A stretch of DNA of 64,000 nt, from the NCBI GenBank assembly GCA_020348925.1, contig CP070758.1, forward strand, positions 1,134,469 through 1,198,468, written 5' to 3'. This stretch comes from Gemmatimonadota bacterium (GTDB lineage Bacteria; JBHIER01; G020348925). Positions 39,826 to 50,087 of the stretch are shown here, piece after piece. The translations under genes were made by a program, and so were the position numbers. Positions within the stretch are counted from its first letter, which is position 1. The number at the start of each line of letters is the position of its first letter. The notes under the pieces were generated by a model. It saw only the letters and a program-made list of their open reading frames with translations. It had not been told where the DNA came from and did no database searches.

Positions 39826-40879
39826 CGTCTCTTCCGATCTTTGTCCCAAGATCCGCGCTGTGTAACTCCCATTCTTCACAATCATTTTTCTGCAGATAAT
39901 AATACGTGTTCTTTCGAATGGTCTTGATGTCCGCTATCGGCACATACACCGTCCGCTCAAGATCTCCTGTAAGATCCAAGACTCTGACTTCCTGTTTGTC
40001 ATCGATCTCCCTGAACGTATAGACATAAATTTTCGCATCTGTGACAGGAAAATTCTGAAAAGCGGGAAAATGGGCTCTTTCGTCCACCGCCACAAAGTCT
40101 CCCTGTCGTCTATAAAAAGGGCGCTCACTGATCCCCTTCATTCTTTTTCTGCGGTAGGCATCAGTGAGCTCAAGCTGTTCATAGTCCTTAAGAATATCAT
40201 ACAGTTTTTCACCCTCAGTATCATACACTTCAAAGGAGAATCCCTTTGAGGTATCCCCCACATAGACCCTGTCATCAAACACGCTGAATCCATAATAATC
40301 TGGAACCACATCGACGTGGATTTTCCTGTCCGGCCCACCGAACCCTCTGGCACTCCCGCTGCCCAAAAAACCCTCGGTTATCTTTTTCTCAAATTCCAGG
40401 TTTTCGTCGAAGATGAGTATGTGCTTGGCCGACTTCCCCGTTCCCACATGGATATAATAGAAGGAACCGATATACATCTCTCCCATGGGAGCAACAAAAT
40501 CGACCTGGGGATAGGGACTCATGGACGATATGAACGTTCCGTCTTTCGAGAATAGTGAAACCCGCTCATGACTGTTTACAACGATGCGCTCGGACTGTAC
40601 ATCAACAAAAAGCTTCACATCCCCTCCCGGTCTGCTTCTGAAGGCATCCGGCTCCTCCCCCACTTTTCCGAACTTCTTGAGCAGGCGAAAATCATCCAAG
40701 GCATACACGTTAATTCTGTGGCCATCGACAATGTAGAGTTGATTCGCATCAACATGCATGGAGGAAGGATCGAGGATATCGGGAAGTGCCACCAACTTTT
40801 CTGCTCTCGATGCGGTCGTTCCCAGGACGATAGCTTGGAGCGCAACGACCACGGTGAGAAAACACATCAACCGTCTCAA
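39812..40879 (-). CDS. Exported hypothetical protein, probable 6-bladed beta-propeller
   Basis: Signal peptide; 'LLKKFGKVGEEPDAF'; repeated 'xxDxxGxxxxxI' blade ends. Confidence 0.7.
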   Translation of the reverse strand: MRRLMCFLTVVVALQAIVLGTTASRAEKLVALPDILDPSSMHVDANQLYIVDGHRINVYALDDFRLLKKFGKVGEEPDAFRSRPGGDVKLFVDVQSERIVVNSHERVSLFSKDGTFISSMSPYPQVDFVAPMGEMYIGSFYYIHVGTGKSAKHILIFDENLEFEKKITEGFLGSGSARGFGGPDRKIHVDVVPDYYGFSVFDDRVYVGDTSKGFSFEVYDTEGEKLYDILKDYEQLELTDAYRRKRMKGISERPFYRRQGDFVAVDERAHFPAFQNFPVTDAKIYVYTFREIDDKQEVRVLDLTGDLERTVYVPIADIKTIRKNTYYYLQKNDCEEWELHSADLGTKIGRDDDKI

Positions 40880-41027
40880 AACGAACCCTCATTTCGATTG
40901 CTTTTCTTCAGATTCACGGAAATATGCTCCCAAGAATTGTATCTGTTGTCACTCATATGAAATGCTCCCTTTAAAATTTCATGACCGTTCTCCATTCGAA
41001 CAGGAGCACTCATTTTCACTTCCCATG

Positions 41028-41063
41028 TTTGATTCACGATTTTCTTTTATTGTTTCAGGGGAT
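41028..41063 (-). promoter_or_regulatory. ECF-sigma-like promoter, copy 2
   Basis: ATCCCCTGAAAC-N15-TGAATCAAA. Confidence 0.6.
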
Positions 41064-41171
41064 TACAAGGGAAGGTCTCATCTTTCGGGATTGATATTGG
41101 AGAGTATTCCCACATTTGTATATTCATGCGGCCATCCACCCGCTTCCCAAACAGGAGTTCAGGAGCCACAT

Positions 41172-41197
41172 TGAAGGGGAACCTCGGTTCCCCTTCA
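41172..41197. terminator. Perfect hairpin after the alpha/beta hydrolase gene
   Basis: TGAAGGGGAACC-TC-GGTTCCCCTTCA; no U-tract. Confidence 0.5.
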
Positions 41198-41240
41198 CCG
41201 TCTCATTCCGGACAGAACCTGGCAATACGGAGAAGTGCTC

Positions 41241-42137
41241 TTACTCCGATGGTTCCCCTGCAACGAGGTTGTCAACAGCGCTCAAGAGCAACCGGTTGAA
41301 GTTCTCAGGGTCCTCCATGTGGATGAAATGGCCGACCGCCGCGACATACACCACCTCATAGGAGAGGGCATGTTTCCGATTTGCCTCGACGGTTGTGGGG
41401 TACTGGAGGGAGTTTATGCAGCGAATGGGAATTCGGACCTCTTTGAGTGTTTCTATATAATCATATTTAAATAAATCCTCCATCAACGGGATCCCAACAT
41501 CAGGAGGTGCGGAAGCCATGTCAGTCGTAACTCGCTTGACAAGGGCTGAGTCGGCGTTCACAGGAAACATGGTTTTTATGAAACCTGTGGTCGCCTCCTT
41601 GAAATTTTGCCGGAACCGGCTCAGGAAGGCGTCAATCTGATCCTGCTCGAATTGTATTTCAAAATTGAGAAACGTATCAATGCCTATTATGCCGAGAACC
41701 TGTTCCGGCATCCGCCGTGCGGCTTCCAAAACCACAGGCCCTCCCATCGAATGCCCGATTAGTATAACGCTGTCGAGCCGGAGTTTCGTGGCAACCGCCT
41801 TCACATCTTCGCCCAAAGAAGCAATGGTCCATTTCTTGCGGTTGCGTCCGGACTCACCGTGACCGGCGAGATCGATGGTCACCACTTTAAAGTGTTCTGC
41901 AAAAGTATCCACCTGTGCGTCCCAGTAGTGCCGATCGCAGCACCAGCAGTGGACGAAAACGAGCGCCGGTTCACCGCTTCCATGAACCTCGTAGGCAATC
42001 GCCACTCCGTCAGACGAGGCCACAGTATTCACACCCGAGACAATCGCAGCATCATCGGACTTTTGCTGGCAGGAAAAGAAAATGAACGACGTACATAATA
42101 CAATAATTAATAGAAAACTGTGTATGAACCTATTCAT
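41241..42137 (-). CDS. Alpha/beta hydrolase, probable lipoprotein
   Basis: FFSC lipobox; DLAGHGES, GHSMGG, GHFIHMEDP. Confidence 0.92.
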   Translation of the reverse strand: MNRFIHSFLLIIVLCTSFIFFSCQQKSDDAAIVSGVNTVASSDGVAIAYEVHGSGEPALVFVHCWCCDRHYWDAQVDTFAEHFKVVTIDLAGHGESGRNRKKWTIASLGEDVKAVATKLRLDSVILIGHSMGGPVVLEAARRMPEQVLGIIGIDTFLNFEIQFEQDQIDAFLSRFRQNFKEATTGFIKTMFPVNADSALVKRVTTDMASAPPDVGIPLMEDLFKYDYIETLKEVRIPIRCINSLQYPTTVEANRKHALSYEVVYVAAVGHFIHMEDPENFNRLLLSAVDNLVAGEPSE

Positions 42138-42374
42138 TTCGATTCTCCTCTCATATATTCATGTTATAAAATGAGGATATCCTCACAAAAATTTAACTTT
42201 AAATAATCCTCATCTGAAAAATGTTACATTCCAATTCCCTCAGCAAACCAGGATTGTCTGGCTCTATCCGGAGTCGTAACTGGAGCGTTCGATCAGCAGA
42301 GCAGGATCTCTATGGCTCATCGACTCCATACAATGCTCCATGTATTTGTCCGGCTTTCACTCGGTAGTAACCGC

Positions 42375-43361
42375 TCAAGGGTTTCGACTCAATCTTTTAA
42401 TCACCATAAGTGTCAGATCGTCGGTCTTGGGGCCACCAGATCGAAAGGTCTCCAGGTCCGCCACGCAGAGGGAGATGAGGTTCTCAGGTGCCAGCGAGCG
42501 GTGCGTCCTCACACATTCGAAAAGTCTCTCTGTACCGTACTCCACCCCGGATGTATTCTGCGCCTCAGAAAGACCGTCCGTATAAAGAAGAAGAGTATCG
42601 CCCGGAGCCAATCGCAGTGTGTTCGCCGAAAATTGCTCATCGCAGAACATGCCGAGAGGGAGTCCTGTCGCATGTATCTCTTCTATCGATGTCCCTTGTA
42701 TCAGAAGAGGTGGATTGTGTCCGGCATTGCAGATTTCAACTTCCCCCGAACTATCGGCCTTACCACACACTAAAGTCGCGAAGTGAGACGAGAGCGTGCT
42801 TTGACAGAACATGCTGCTTGCCCGCTGCATTACTTGATCGAGAGGTAGCTCAAGAGATACGAGCGTGCGGAACGTGGCATGCAGGTGCGCCATGAGCATC
42901 GATGCTGCCACGCCTTTGCCCGAAACATCTCCAACCGTGAAGTAGAGATCGTCTCCGTGGCTCAGAAGGTCGCAGTAATCCCCACTGACCGGTCCCGCTC
43001 CTTCATAATAGTACGCCGTCTCCCACCCTGCAACCTGAAAGCCATGCTTCGGCAGCAACTCATTCTGAATTTGAGACGCCATCTTCAGATCCAGCTCAAG
43101 CGCCCGTTGTTGATCCGGGCTCATATGATCGAGGCAGAAATGAACGAGAGGATCGGCGATGAGGCGCTCCGGCTCAATCGCCTCCTTACAGGCTTCGCAC
43201 AAGCCGAATGTTCCCTCGTTGACACGGGCAACGGCAGCATCCACTTCGTCGAGAAGCCGCAAAAGCTGCGAATCCTTCGGATATGAAACGAGAGCATCTT
43301 CGAGCTTGGATCGCCGATCAAGCAATTGATCTCGAATCTGGGAATTCGAAATATCAGCCAT
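42375..43361 (-). CDS. DksA/TraR-type zinc finger fused to a PP2C/SpoIIE phosphatase
   Basis: GTFGLCEACKEAIEPERLIADPLVHFCLDH; SGDYCD, GDVSGKG, NAGHNPP, YTDGLSE, DDLTL. Confidence 0.9.
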   Translation of the reverse strand: MADISNSQIRDQLLDRRSKLEDALVSYPKDSQLLRLLDEVDAAVARVNEGTFGLCEACKEAIEPERLIADPLVHFCLDHMSPDQQRALELDLKMASQIQNELLPKHGFQVAGWETAYYYEGAGPVSGDYCDLLSHGDDLYFTVGDVSGKGVAASMLMAHLHATFRTLVSLELPLDQVMQRASSMFCQSTLSSHFATLVCGKADSSGEVEICNAGHNPPLLIQGTSIEEIHATGLPLGMFCDEQFSANTLRLAPGDTLLLYTDGLSEAQNTSGVEYGTERLFECVRTHRSLAPENLISLCVADLETFRSGGPKTDDLTLMVIKRLSRNP

Positions 43362-43386
43362 CTCATTTCCCCTTATATTCCAACAT

Positions 43387-44307
43387 TCACCCCCCCAACT
43401 CTCTCAGCCGCTCCTGCGCCGCCTGGCCCCATTGGGAGTCGACGCCGTAGCGCTCGACCATGCGGCGGTACAATCGTCTGGCCTCGTCAATTCTACCCAA
43501 GGCCTCGTACGCCTGACCGGCCTTGAACTCCGCTGTGAGGGCCCACAGCCCCCCGGCCTGACCCAGGTAGGCCACTTTCAGATACTCGAGCAGGGCTTGA
43601 TCGTATTTGCCGGAATCATAATAGGACTCCCCGATCCAGTACCGGACCTCGGACTCTTCCTCAGCATCGACATCGGGCAGAACCTCTTCGAGCGCTGTAA
43701 CAGCCTCGGTGTAATGTCCAAGCTCGGCGTGCAGATATCCGATCTTGATGCGAACACGACGAGCATCCTCATAATCGGGGAACCGCCGGATAAGCTCCTG
43801 TGCCCAATGGAGGGCCTGATCCTGTCGGTTGGCCGCCTCATGGGTTCGAATCAGATTGAAGAGAGCCGCGGGGACAAGATCTCCAGCGCCCTCATCATCG
43901 ATCACCCTTTTGTATGCAAAAGCAGCATCCTCAAAATTCATCTGGAGGTGATAAATATTTCCCAATTTCAGATAAACGGAGGGCACAAGATCGCTATCAG
44001 GACTTTCCTGAACCAGGGTGCGAAAGGCTTCGACGGCCTTTTCGTAATCTCCGGCTTCCGCGAAGGCCGACCCGATGCCATACCGTGCATTATCCACAAA
44101 CCGGCTCTCAGGATACTCATCGATCACATTTTGAAAAGCGAGAAGAGCATCCTGACCATTGTTGACCGACAAATAATAGATACCCTTTTCAAGGTCGAAT
44201 TGAGCTGCATAGTCCTCCTGCTGCGGTTGTTCCTTGCGAAACGATTTCGCCCTCGTCTCCGCCGTCACCATATCCCCCAATCGATACGAGGCCAAAATAG
44301 CCTTCGC
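43387..44307 (-). CDS. TPR-repeat protein (BamD/CpoB-like repeats), C-terminal part, truncated by gap
   Basis: Repeated 'A..F..VI.EYP.S....A.Y.IG' helices. Confidence 0.85.
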   Translation of the reverse strand, partial: AKAILASYRLGDMVTAETRAKSFRKEQPQQEDYAAQFDLEKGIYYLSVNNGQDALLAFQNVIDEYPESRFVDNARYGIGSAFAEAGDYEKAVEAFRTLVQESPDSDLVPSVYLKLGNIYHLQMNFEDAAFAYKRVIDDEGAGDLVPAALFNLIRTHEAANRQDQALHWAQELIRRFPDYEDARRVRIKIGYLHAELGHYTEAVTALEEVLPDVDAEEESEVRYWIGESYYDSGKYDQALLEYLKVAYLGQAGGLWALTAEFKAGQAYEALGRIDEARRLYRRMVERYGVDSQWGQAAQERLRELGG

Positions 44308-44407
44308 NNNNNNNNNNNNNNNNNNNNNNNNNNNNNNNNNNNNNNNNNNNNNNNNNNNNNNNNNNNNNNNNNNNNNNNNNNNNNNNNNNNNNNNNNNNNN
44401 NNNNNNN
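44308..44407. other. 100-N assembly gap / contig join
   Basis: Run of exactly 100 N; opposite-strand unrelated genes on each side. Confidence 1.
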
Positions 44408-44409
44408 CC

Positions 44410-45330
44410 GTCACACCGGATGGTCGACATCTCATATTAGTCCGCTCCTCTTGACTTTATCCGGATGAGGTGCATCGATTGCCCGTTGAAGCTGGGTAAT
44501 CTGTCAAGCTCACATTCACAAACGAGTAGTTTCTGGCTCAGATTGTGATGCAGCCTCTTGAGGAATTCTGGTTTGAGGGTGCCGAGGGTACTCAGGTTCA
44601 CGGGTTTCTTTTGAAGCCACCATTTTTCGATCCCGGGGAAAAATATCCGGTTATCTGTGTCATTCACGGTGGACCCCAGGGCATGTGGGGAGACCGATTT
44701 ATGACGAGGTGGTTTACCTTTGAACTGGTATCGGCTCCCGGATACGTCTCGGTTTTCATCAATCCTCGAGGCAGCCAGGGGTATGGTCAGCAATTCGTCG
44801 ATGAGGTCAGCACCGACTACGGCAACCGCTGCTATGTCGATGTGATGAAGGGCATGGATTTTGTGTGTCAGGAGTACGCCTTCGTTGATTCCTCCAAAAA
44901 AGCGGTCATGGGCGGGTCCTTCGGTGGGTATATGGTCAATTGGATCGCAGGTCACACCGACCGTTTCAATTGCGCCGTCAGTCATGCGGGATTGTACAAT
45001 CTCGTGAGCTTTTACGGAGCGACGGAGGAACTGTGGTTTCCGGAATGGGACATGGGGAGAACCCCGTGGGAGACTCCCGAAGGATACTCCAGGTGGTCGC
45101 CTCATCGATTTGCTCAGAATTTTAAAACGCCCCTCCTCATCACACACGGTCAGCAGGATTTCCGTGTCCCGGTGGAGGAATCGATGCAGCTCTTCACCGC
45201 CTGCCAGCGCCAGGGCGTGCCATCACGGTTCATCTATTTCCCGGACGAGGGCCACGTCATTGAGCATCCTCAAAACGTCGCCCTGTGGTGGGACGAGATC
45301 CACGCGTGGTTCGCCACCTATTTGCGATAG
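44410..45330 (+). CDS. S9 family (prolyl oligo-/acylaminoacyl-) peptidase, 5'-truncated, with three in-frame stops near the contig edge
   Basis: IHGGPQ, GGSFGG, DFRV, DEGH intact; the upstream part of the frame has TGA 44452, TAA 44497, TAG 44527. Confidence 0.85.
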
Positions 45331-45407
45331 ATGCATCCGATCTGAGGCGGATTCGGTGATCGACAGCAGTATTTCTTGAATAAAAATCATCTTCACTGAA
45401 AAACCTA

Positions 45408-45436
45408 TTGACTTTTCCTGTTCTGGAATGTATAAT
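45408..45436 (+). promoter_or_regulatory. sigma70 promoter of dtd-maf-rodZ
   Basis: TTGACT-17-TATAAT. Confidence 0.8.
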
Positions 45437-45494
45437 CTGTAACGATGTTTTTTCTGAGTATGTTCGGAATGAAAAAGGGAAGGAAGGTGTTGTT

Positions 45495-45944
45495 GTGCGC
45501 GTTCTCTTGCAAAGAGTGCGGAAGGCGAGTGTTTCCGTTGAAGGGACAATCCACGGATCAATCGTCAGGGGCTGCGTTTTACTCGTGGGGGTGGGGCCGG
45601 AGGATACTGAGCGGGATGCGGCGTACCTGGCGGATAAATGCGCCAATCTCCGAATCTTTGAGGACCGTGAAGGGAAGATGAACCTGTCCGCTCTGGATGT
45701 CGGTGGTGAGGCCCTCGTTATTTCGCAATTCACCCTGTACGGTGATTGCCGCAACGGCCGGAGACCCAGTTTTACCGATGCCGCACCTCCTGAGAAAGCG
45801 GAGACGCTCTACGAAACGTTCATGGATCTTGTGCGCCGTAAAGGGATCCGGGTCGAGGGGGGGCGATTTGGGGCAAAAATGCTGGTCGAAATTTGGAATG
45901 ACGGCCCGGTAACCTTACTGCTTGAAAGCGGATACCATGAGTGA
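45495..45944 (+). CDS. dtd: D-aminoacyl-tRNA deacylase
   Basis: RVLLQRV, SQFTL, GRRPSF, NDGPVT. Confidence 0.97.
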   Translation: MRVLLQRVRKASVSVEGTIHGSIVRGCVLLVGVGPEDTERDAAYLADKCANLRIFEDREGKMNLSALDVGGEALVISQFTLYGDCRNGRRPSFTDAAPPEKAETLYETFMDLVRRKGIRVEGGRFGAKMLVEIWNDGPVTLLLESGYHE

Positions 45945-46545
45945 ACTCATCTTGGCTTCGGCTTCGCCCCGCAGGGCGAAACTTCTGCGTCAGATTGGGA
46001 TCGATTTTGAGCAGATGACGAGTCGCGTCGAAAAGGAACGAACCGATGCAACTGATCCGAGGAACCTTGTATTAATGCTCTCAAAGAGAAAGGCGGAGGA
46101 TGTGGCCCGGAAATTTTCGACAGGATGGGTCTTAGGCGCCGATACCGTCGTTGTGCTTGAGGAACGTATTTTGGGAAAGCCGGGGAGCAGAAACTCCGCC
46201 GTCGAGATGTTGCGAAGCTTGAGCGGACGAGAGCACAGTGTGTTCACCGGATTGACCCTCATCGATTCAGGGAACGGTCGTGCGGTGAGTCAATTCGAGG
46301 AGACCAGAGTCTGGATGCGGCCTCTTTCGGAAAAAGATATTGAGGAGTATGTCGCGACGGGTGAACCCTTGGGGAAAGCAGGGAGCTATGCCATTCAAGG
46401 TCTCGGAGCACTCCTGGTCGAGCGAATAGCAGGGTGTTATTACAACGTCGTTGGATTACCGCTTGTTCGTCTTTTCAGGATGATGGGGGAGATAGGTTAT
46501 CCGTTTCGATGGAGCGTGTGCCCCGGAGCAGCGGAGGTCGAATGA
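45937..46545 (+). CDS. maf: Maf family nucleotide pyrophosphatase
   Basis: [35 protein letters not shown]. Confidence 0.96.
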   Translation: MSELILASASPRRAKLLRQIGIDFEQMTSRVEKERTDATDPRNLVLMLSKRKAEDVARKFSTGWVLGADTVVVLEERILGKPGSRNSAVEMLRSLSGREHSVFTGLTLIDSGNGRAVSQFEETRVWMRPLSEKDIEEYVATGEPLGKAGSYAIQGLGALLVERIAGCYYNVVGLPLVRLFRMMGEIGYPFRWSVCPGAAEVE

Positions 46546-46575
46546 AGTTTCGGCTGAATCGAAAGCGATGGATCG

Positions 46576-47418
46576 ATGAAAACGTTCAGTGAGGAGTTGC
46601 GGGAAGCCAGGGAAGCGAAAGGACTGACCCTGGAAGAACTGTCCGAAAAGACAAAGATTCGTCTGAACATACTTAAGGGCATTGAGACGGGAGATTTCGA
46701 GCTCCTGCCCCAGACCTATATCAAAGGCTTTATACGATCCTATGCCCAGATCGTCGGCTTGGATCCTGCTCTCGTAGTGCGAGACTACGAGCATCATCTC
46801 AAAACAACGGCGGCGGTTTTTTCCGAGCCCAAAAGTATCGAGGTCAAGGGCTCCAGAAAGATTCCGTGGACCATCATAGGGAGCGTTCTCGGTTTGTTCG
46901 TGGTTCTCGTTGTTTTTCTTCTGATCGGCGGAGAGAGAGAGAAGAAGTCGCCGCAGCGTCTCGTTCGGCATACCGAGGAGACGATGAGCGCACAGAGCTC
47001 GGATACCGTTTCCTCGACTGATGCCGAGACGTTCGCATCGGATAGCGGCGGTATCGAGGCCATTGAAGAGACGCTTCCCCTGGAAGGTACCGGTGCAGAG
47101 GGGACAGCCAGGGACGACGGGCAACCTGAAACTCCTGGTGCTGTTGACCAGGATGGATTGACATTGAAGGCTCTTGCAGTGAGCGACACATGGGTCCAGG
47201 TGAAAGCAGATGGTGATGGTATTTATGAAGGTATTATGAAGATCGGTGCTTCAGCCACATGGAGAGCGGACAGTCTTTTTGAACTTAAAATTGGAAAAGC
47301 AAACGGTATCCGGCTCGAGCTGAATGGCGACCCTCTCGGAGAACTGGGCAGTGCTGAAAAAGTCGTGAGCAGCTTGACTCTCAACAAGAGCGGTATTGTG
47401 GAAAAGATATTACGGTGA
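46576..47418 (+). CDS. rodZ: RodZ-like protein (HTH - TM - DUF4115)
   Basis: LREAREAKGLTLEE...YIKGFIRSYA, one TM segment, WVQVKADG...LNG. Confidence 0.88.
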   Translation: MKTFSEELREAREAKGLTLEELSEKTKIRLNILKGIETGDFELLPQTYIKGFIRSYAQIVGLDPALVVRDYEHHLKTTAAVFSEPKSIEVKGSRKIPWTIIGSVLGLFVVLVVFLLIGGEREKKSPQRLVRHTEETMSAQSSDTVSSTDAETFASDSGGIEAIEETLPLEGTGAEGTARDDGQPETPGAVDQDGLTLKALAVSDTWVQVKADGDGIYEGIMKIGASATWRADSLFELKIGKANGIRLELNGDPLGELGSAEKVVSSLTLNKSGIVEKILR

Positions 47419-47562
47419 TCAAGGGTCTATCCATCGAAGGCCTTTCCTCTTTTTTTAGTACCAAATGAAATGATGTGGCATGCGTTTTTCCGACTCTCCT
47501 GTCTTCGTCATCGGAACGCAAAATCCCCTCGTAACGATACTCTGTCGAATCTTTCGATCTGA

Positions 47563-50046
47563 ATGGATGGTATGAAATCTCTGGTGTGTATTGATGTCGC
47601 CCTTCCACGACCGGTGGAAGGGGTTTACACGTATTGTGTCCCCCGAAAGTGGGAAAAACGGGTCGGGCTGGGGTGTCGGGTTCTGGTTCCTGTGCGCAAG
47701 AAGTATACGACCGGATTTGTCGTGAAGGCGTGGCGGGGTAAGAACGGAAACTCGTTGAGGGAAATCGTTGATATTATTGATGAGACGCCTCTTTTTGATA
47801 CCGTTCAATTGCGTCTCACGAAATGGATCGCTGAGTACTACCTGTGTTCGTGGGGTGAGGTGCTCAAGGCAGCTGGGCCTGCAGGGCTGCACCTCGAGAG
47901 CAAAGTGACAATAAGGCCCAAGGAACCGTATTCGCGCAAACTTTTGGAATGTGCCGATCGCATTGTACCAAAAGGATCGCGGATTTTAGAAGCCGTTTAT
48001 AAGAAAGGGGAGATTCGTCTTCGGGGGTTGCAGCGACGTGTCGGTGAAGAAGGTCTGAATGTCGCCGTTAAAGAGCTGGAGAAGAAAGGGTACATCGAAC
48101 TGCACACGGCCCTAGATCGTCTCCGCGTCACGACACAGTACGAGGAATGGGTTGCAGTGCGCCGGCCTTTTCCCCTTTCTGAAGATCAAATGCGTCGCCT
48201 GGAAAAGAGAGCACCGCGGCAGAGTGCGTGTCTGCATCTGCTGTTTGACGCTGATGGTGGTACGATGTCCGTGTCGGAACTGCGAAGAAGATGGGGGATC
48301 GGTCGAGCTGTTTTGCGGAGAATGGAAACGGCGAACCTCATCGTATTCGGAGAAAAAGAGGTCGTGCGTGATCCTTCTCGTGAGTTCCCTGCTGAAACGT
48401 TGCGTCACTTCGTTCTCACGGAGGAGCAAAAAAAAGTCCTTCTTCAGATTGAACGTTCCATACGGGATCCCTCATTTCAGGTGTTTCTCCTTCATGGAGT
48501 GACGGGGAGCGGCAAGACTGAGGTTTATATTCGTGCCATCAAGGAGGTTATAAAGCGGGGCAGGCAGGCCATAGTTCTCGTACCGGAAATATCTCTTACG
48601 CCGCAAACGGTCGCCCGCTTCAAAACACATTTCGAAAATCGAGTTGCTGTGCTTCACAGCAGGCTGTCACCTGGTGAGCGGTACGACATGTGGCGCCACA
48701 TTCATCAAGGGGATTTCGATATTGTCGTCGGCGCCAGGTCAGCTGTGTTCGCCCCTGTGAGGCGACTTGGCCTCATCATCGTCGATGAGGAGCACGAGAC
48801 CACGTATAAGCAGACGGAATCGGCACCGAGATATCATGCTCGTGATGTGGCTATTATGAGGGCACGGTTTTCAAGGGCCGTGACGCTTTTAGGGACCGCC
48901 ACTCCGAGTATCGAGTCGTTCTTCAATGCTTCGACCGGAAAGTATGGCAAAGGCACCCTCTCTTTCAGGATCGATCACCGACCTCTGCCTTCGGTCACCC
49001 TCGTCAATATGTGTCAAGAGCGAGAAACAGGGAATCCGGGCATTTTTTCCCGTGCTCTCAGCAAGAAGATTGAGGAACGCATGACCAGAAATGAACAGAT
49101 ACTCCTTCTCCAAAATCGACGAGGCTTTTCGAATTACGTCCAATGTGAACAGTGCGGATATGTCGCAACCTGCCGAAATTGCAGTGTTTCTCTGACGTAC
49201 CATTCAGTTCAGCAGAAGCTCCGCTGCCACTATTGCGGAGTTTTTTGCGATGCGCCATCAGTCTGTCCAGAGTGTCATGGCCATCGATTGCGTTATAGGG
49301 GTGCGGGAACCCAGAGGATTGAGCAGGAGATACGAACGCTGTTTCCGGCCATTCGCGTTCTCCGAATGGACCTCGATACGACCCGCAAGAAAGGCGCACA
49401 CTCTCGTATCCTCAAGGCCTTTGAGCGGGGAGAGGCCGATGTGCTTTTAGGGACTCAAATGATTGCCAAAGGACTTGATCTTCAAAGAGTGACGCTTGTT
49501 GGGGTCATTGATGCCGACGTGGGGCTCCACCTGCCGGATTTTCGGGCCAGCGAGAGAACGTTTGATCTCTTAACGCAGGTGGCGGGAAGGGCCGGGCGAA
49601 GCGAACTGGGTGGGGAGGTTCTTATTCAGACCTTTTCCCCGGACAATCCGGCTGTAGATCTCGCCCGATCGCACAATTTCGAGGCCTTTTATGACAATGA
49701 GCTCGTTCAGAGGCGCGAACTGCGGTACCCGCCTTTCAGCCGCCTCGTCTCTCTTCGCGTCCAGGGGAGAACGCAAAGGGATGTCATCCAGACCGCTGAG
49801 ATGTTGGCCGAGAGAATTGCTTCGTATATGAAGCAGAAGCCGGAAGTATTCATTCAAATGCTCGGACCCGCGCCGGCACCGGTGACGAGAATCAAAGGGA
49901 ACTATCGATGGCAGATTCTTGTCAAAGGGGAGAATCAAAGGATCTTGAGGGAGTGTGTCACGATGGGAATCAAGGCTGCGACCGTGGGCCGTAACTTGGA
50001 AGGATTGAGAATTATTGTCGACGTGGATCCCGTCGATATGCTCTGA
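47563..50046 (+). CDS. priA: Primosomal protein N'
   Basis: HGVTGSGKTEVY, DEEH, NRRGF, four CxxC pairs, QVAGRAGR, DVDP. Confidence 0.98.
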   Translation: MDGMKSLVCIDVALPRPVEGVYTYCVPRKWEKRVGLGCRVLVPVRKKYTTGFVVKAWRGKNGNSLREIVDIIDETPLFDTVQLRLTKWIAEYYLCSWGEVLKAAGPAGLHLESKVTIRPKEPYSRKLLECADRIVPKGSRILEAVYKKGEIRLRGLQRRVGEEGLNVAVKELEKKGYIELHTALDRLRVTTQYEEWVAVRRPFPLSEDQMRRLEKRAPRQSACLHLLFDADGGTMSVSELRRRWGIGRAVLRRMETANLIVFGEKEVVRDPSREFPAETLRHFVLTEEQKKVLLQIERSIRDPSFQVFLLHGVTGSGKTEVYIRAIKEVIKRGRQAIVLVPEISLTPQTVARFKTHFENRVAVLHSRLSPGERYDMWRHIHQGDFDIVVGARSAVFAPVRRLGLIIVDEEHETTYKQTESAPRYHARDVAIMRARFSRAVTLLGTATPSIESFFNASTGKYGKGTLSFRIDHRPLPSVTLVNMCQERETGNPGIFSRALSKKIEERMTRNEQILLLQNRRGFSNYVQCEQCGYVATCRNCSVSLTYHSVQQKLRCHYCGVFCDAPSVCPECHGHRLRYRGAGTQRIEQEIRTLFPAIRVLRMDLDTTRKKGAHSRILKAFERGEADVLLGTQMIAKGLDLQRVTLVGVIDADVGLHLPDFRASERTFDLLTQVAGRAGRSELGGEVLIQTFSPDNPAVDLARSHNFEAFYDNELVQRRELRYPPFSRLVSLRVQGRTQRDVIQTAEMLAERIASYMKQKPEVFIQMLGPAPAPVTRIKGNYRWQILVKGENQRILRECVTMGIKAATVGRNLEGLRIIVDVDPVDML

Positions 50047-50087
50047 CGCCTTTGGAGCAAATGAATCACGTCCCATGCAAAAAAAAC

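Noticed and set aside
9855-43361. Integron cassette array
   Set aside because: Genes abut or overlap, with no repeated attC-like palindromes between them and no integrase.
44452-44529. Stop-codon reassignment or Sec/Pyl recoding
   Set aside because: TGA, TAA and TAG all occur together, and all three act as normal stops for conserved genes elsewhere in the window.
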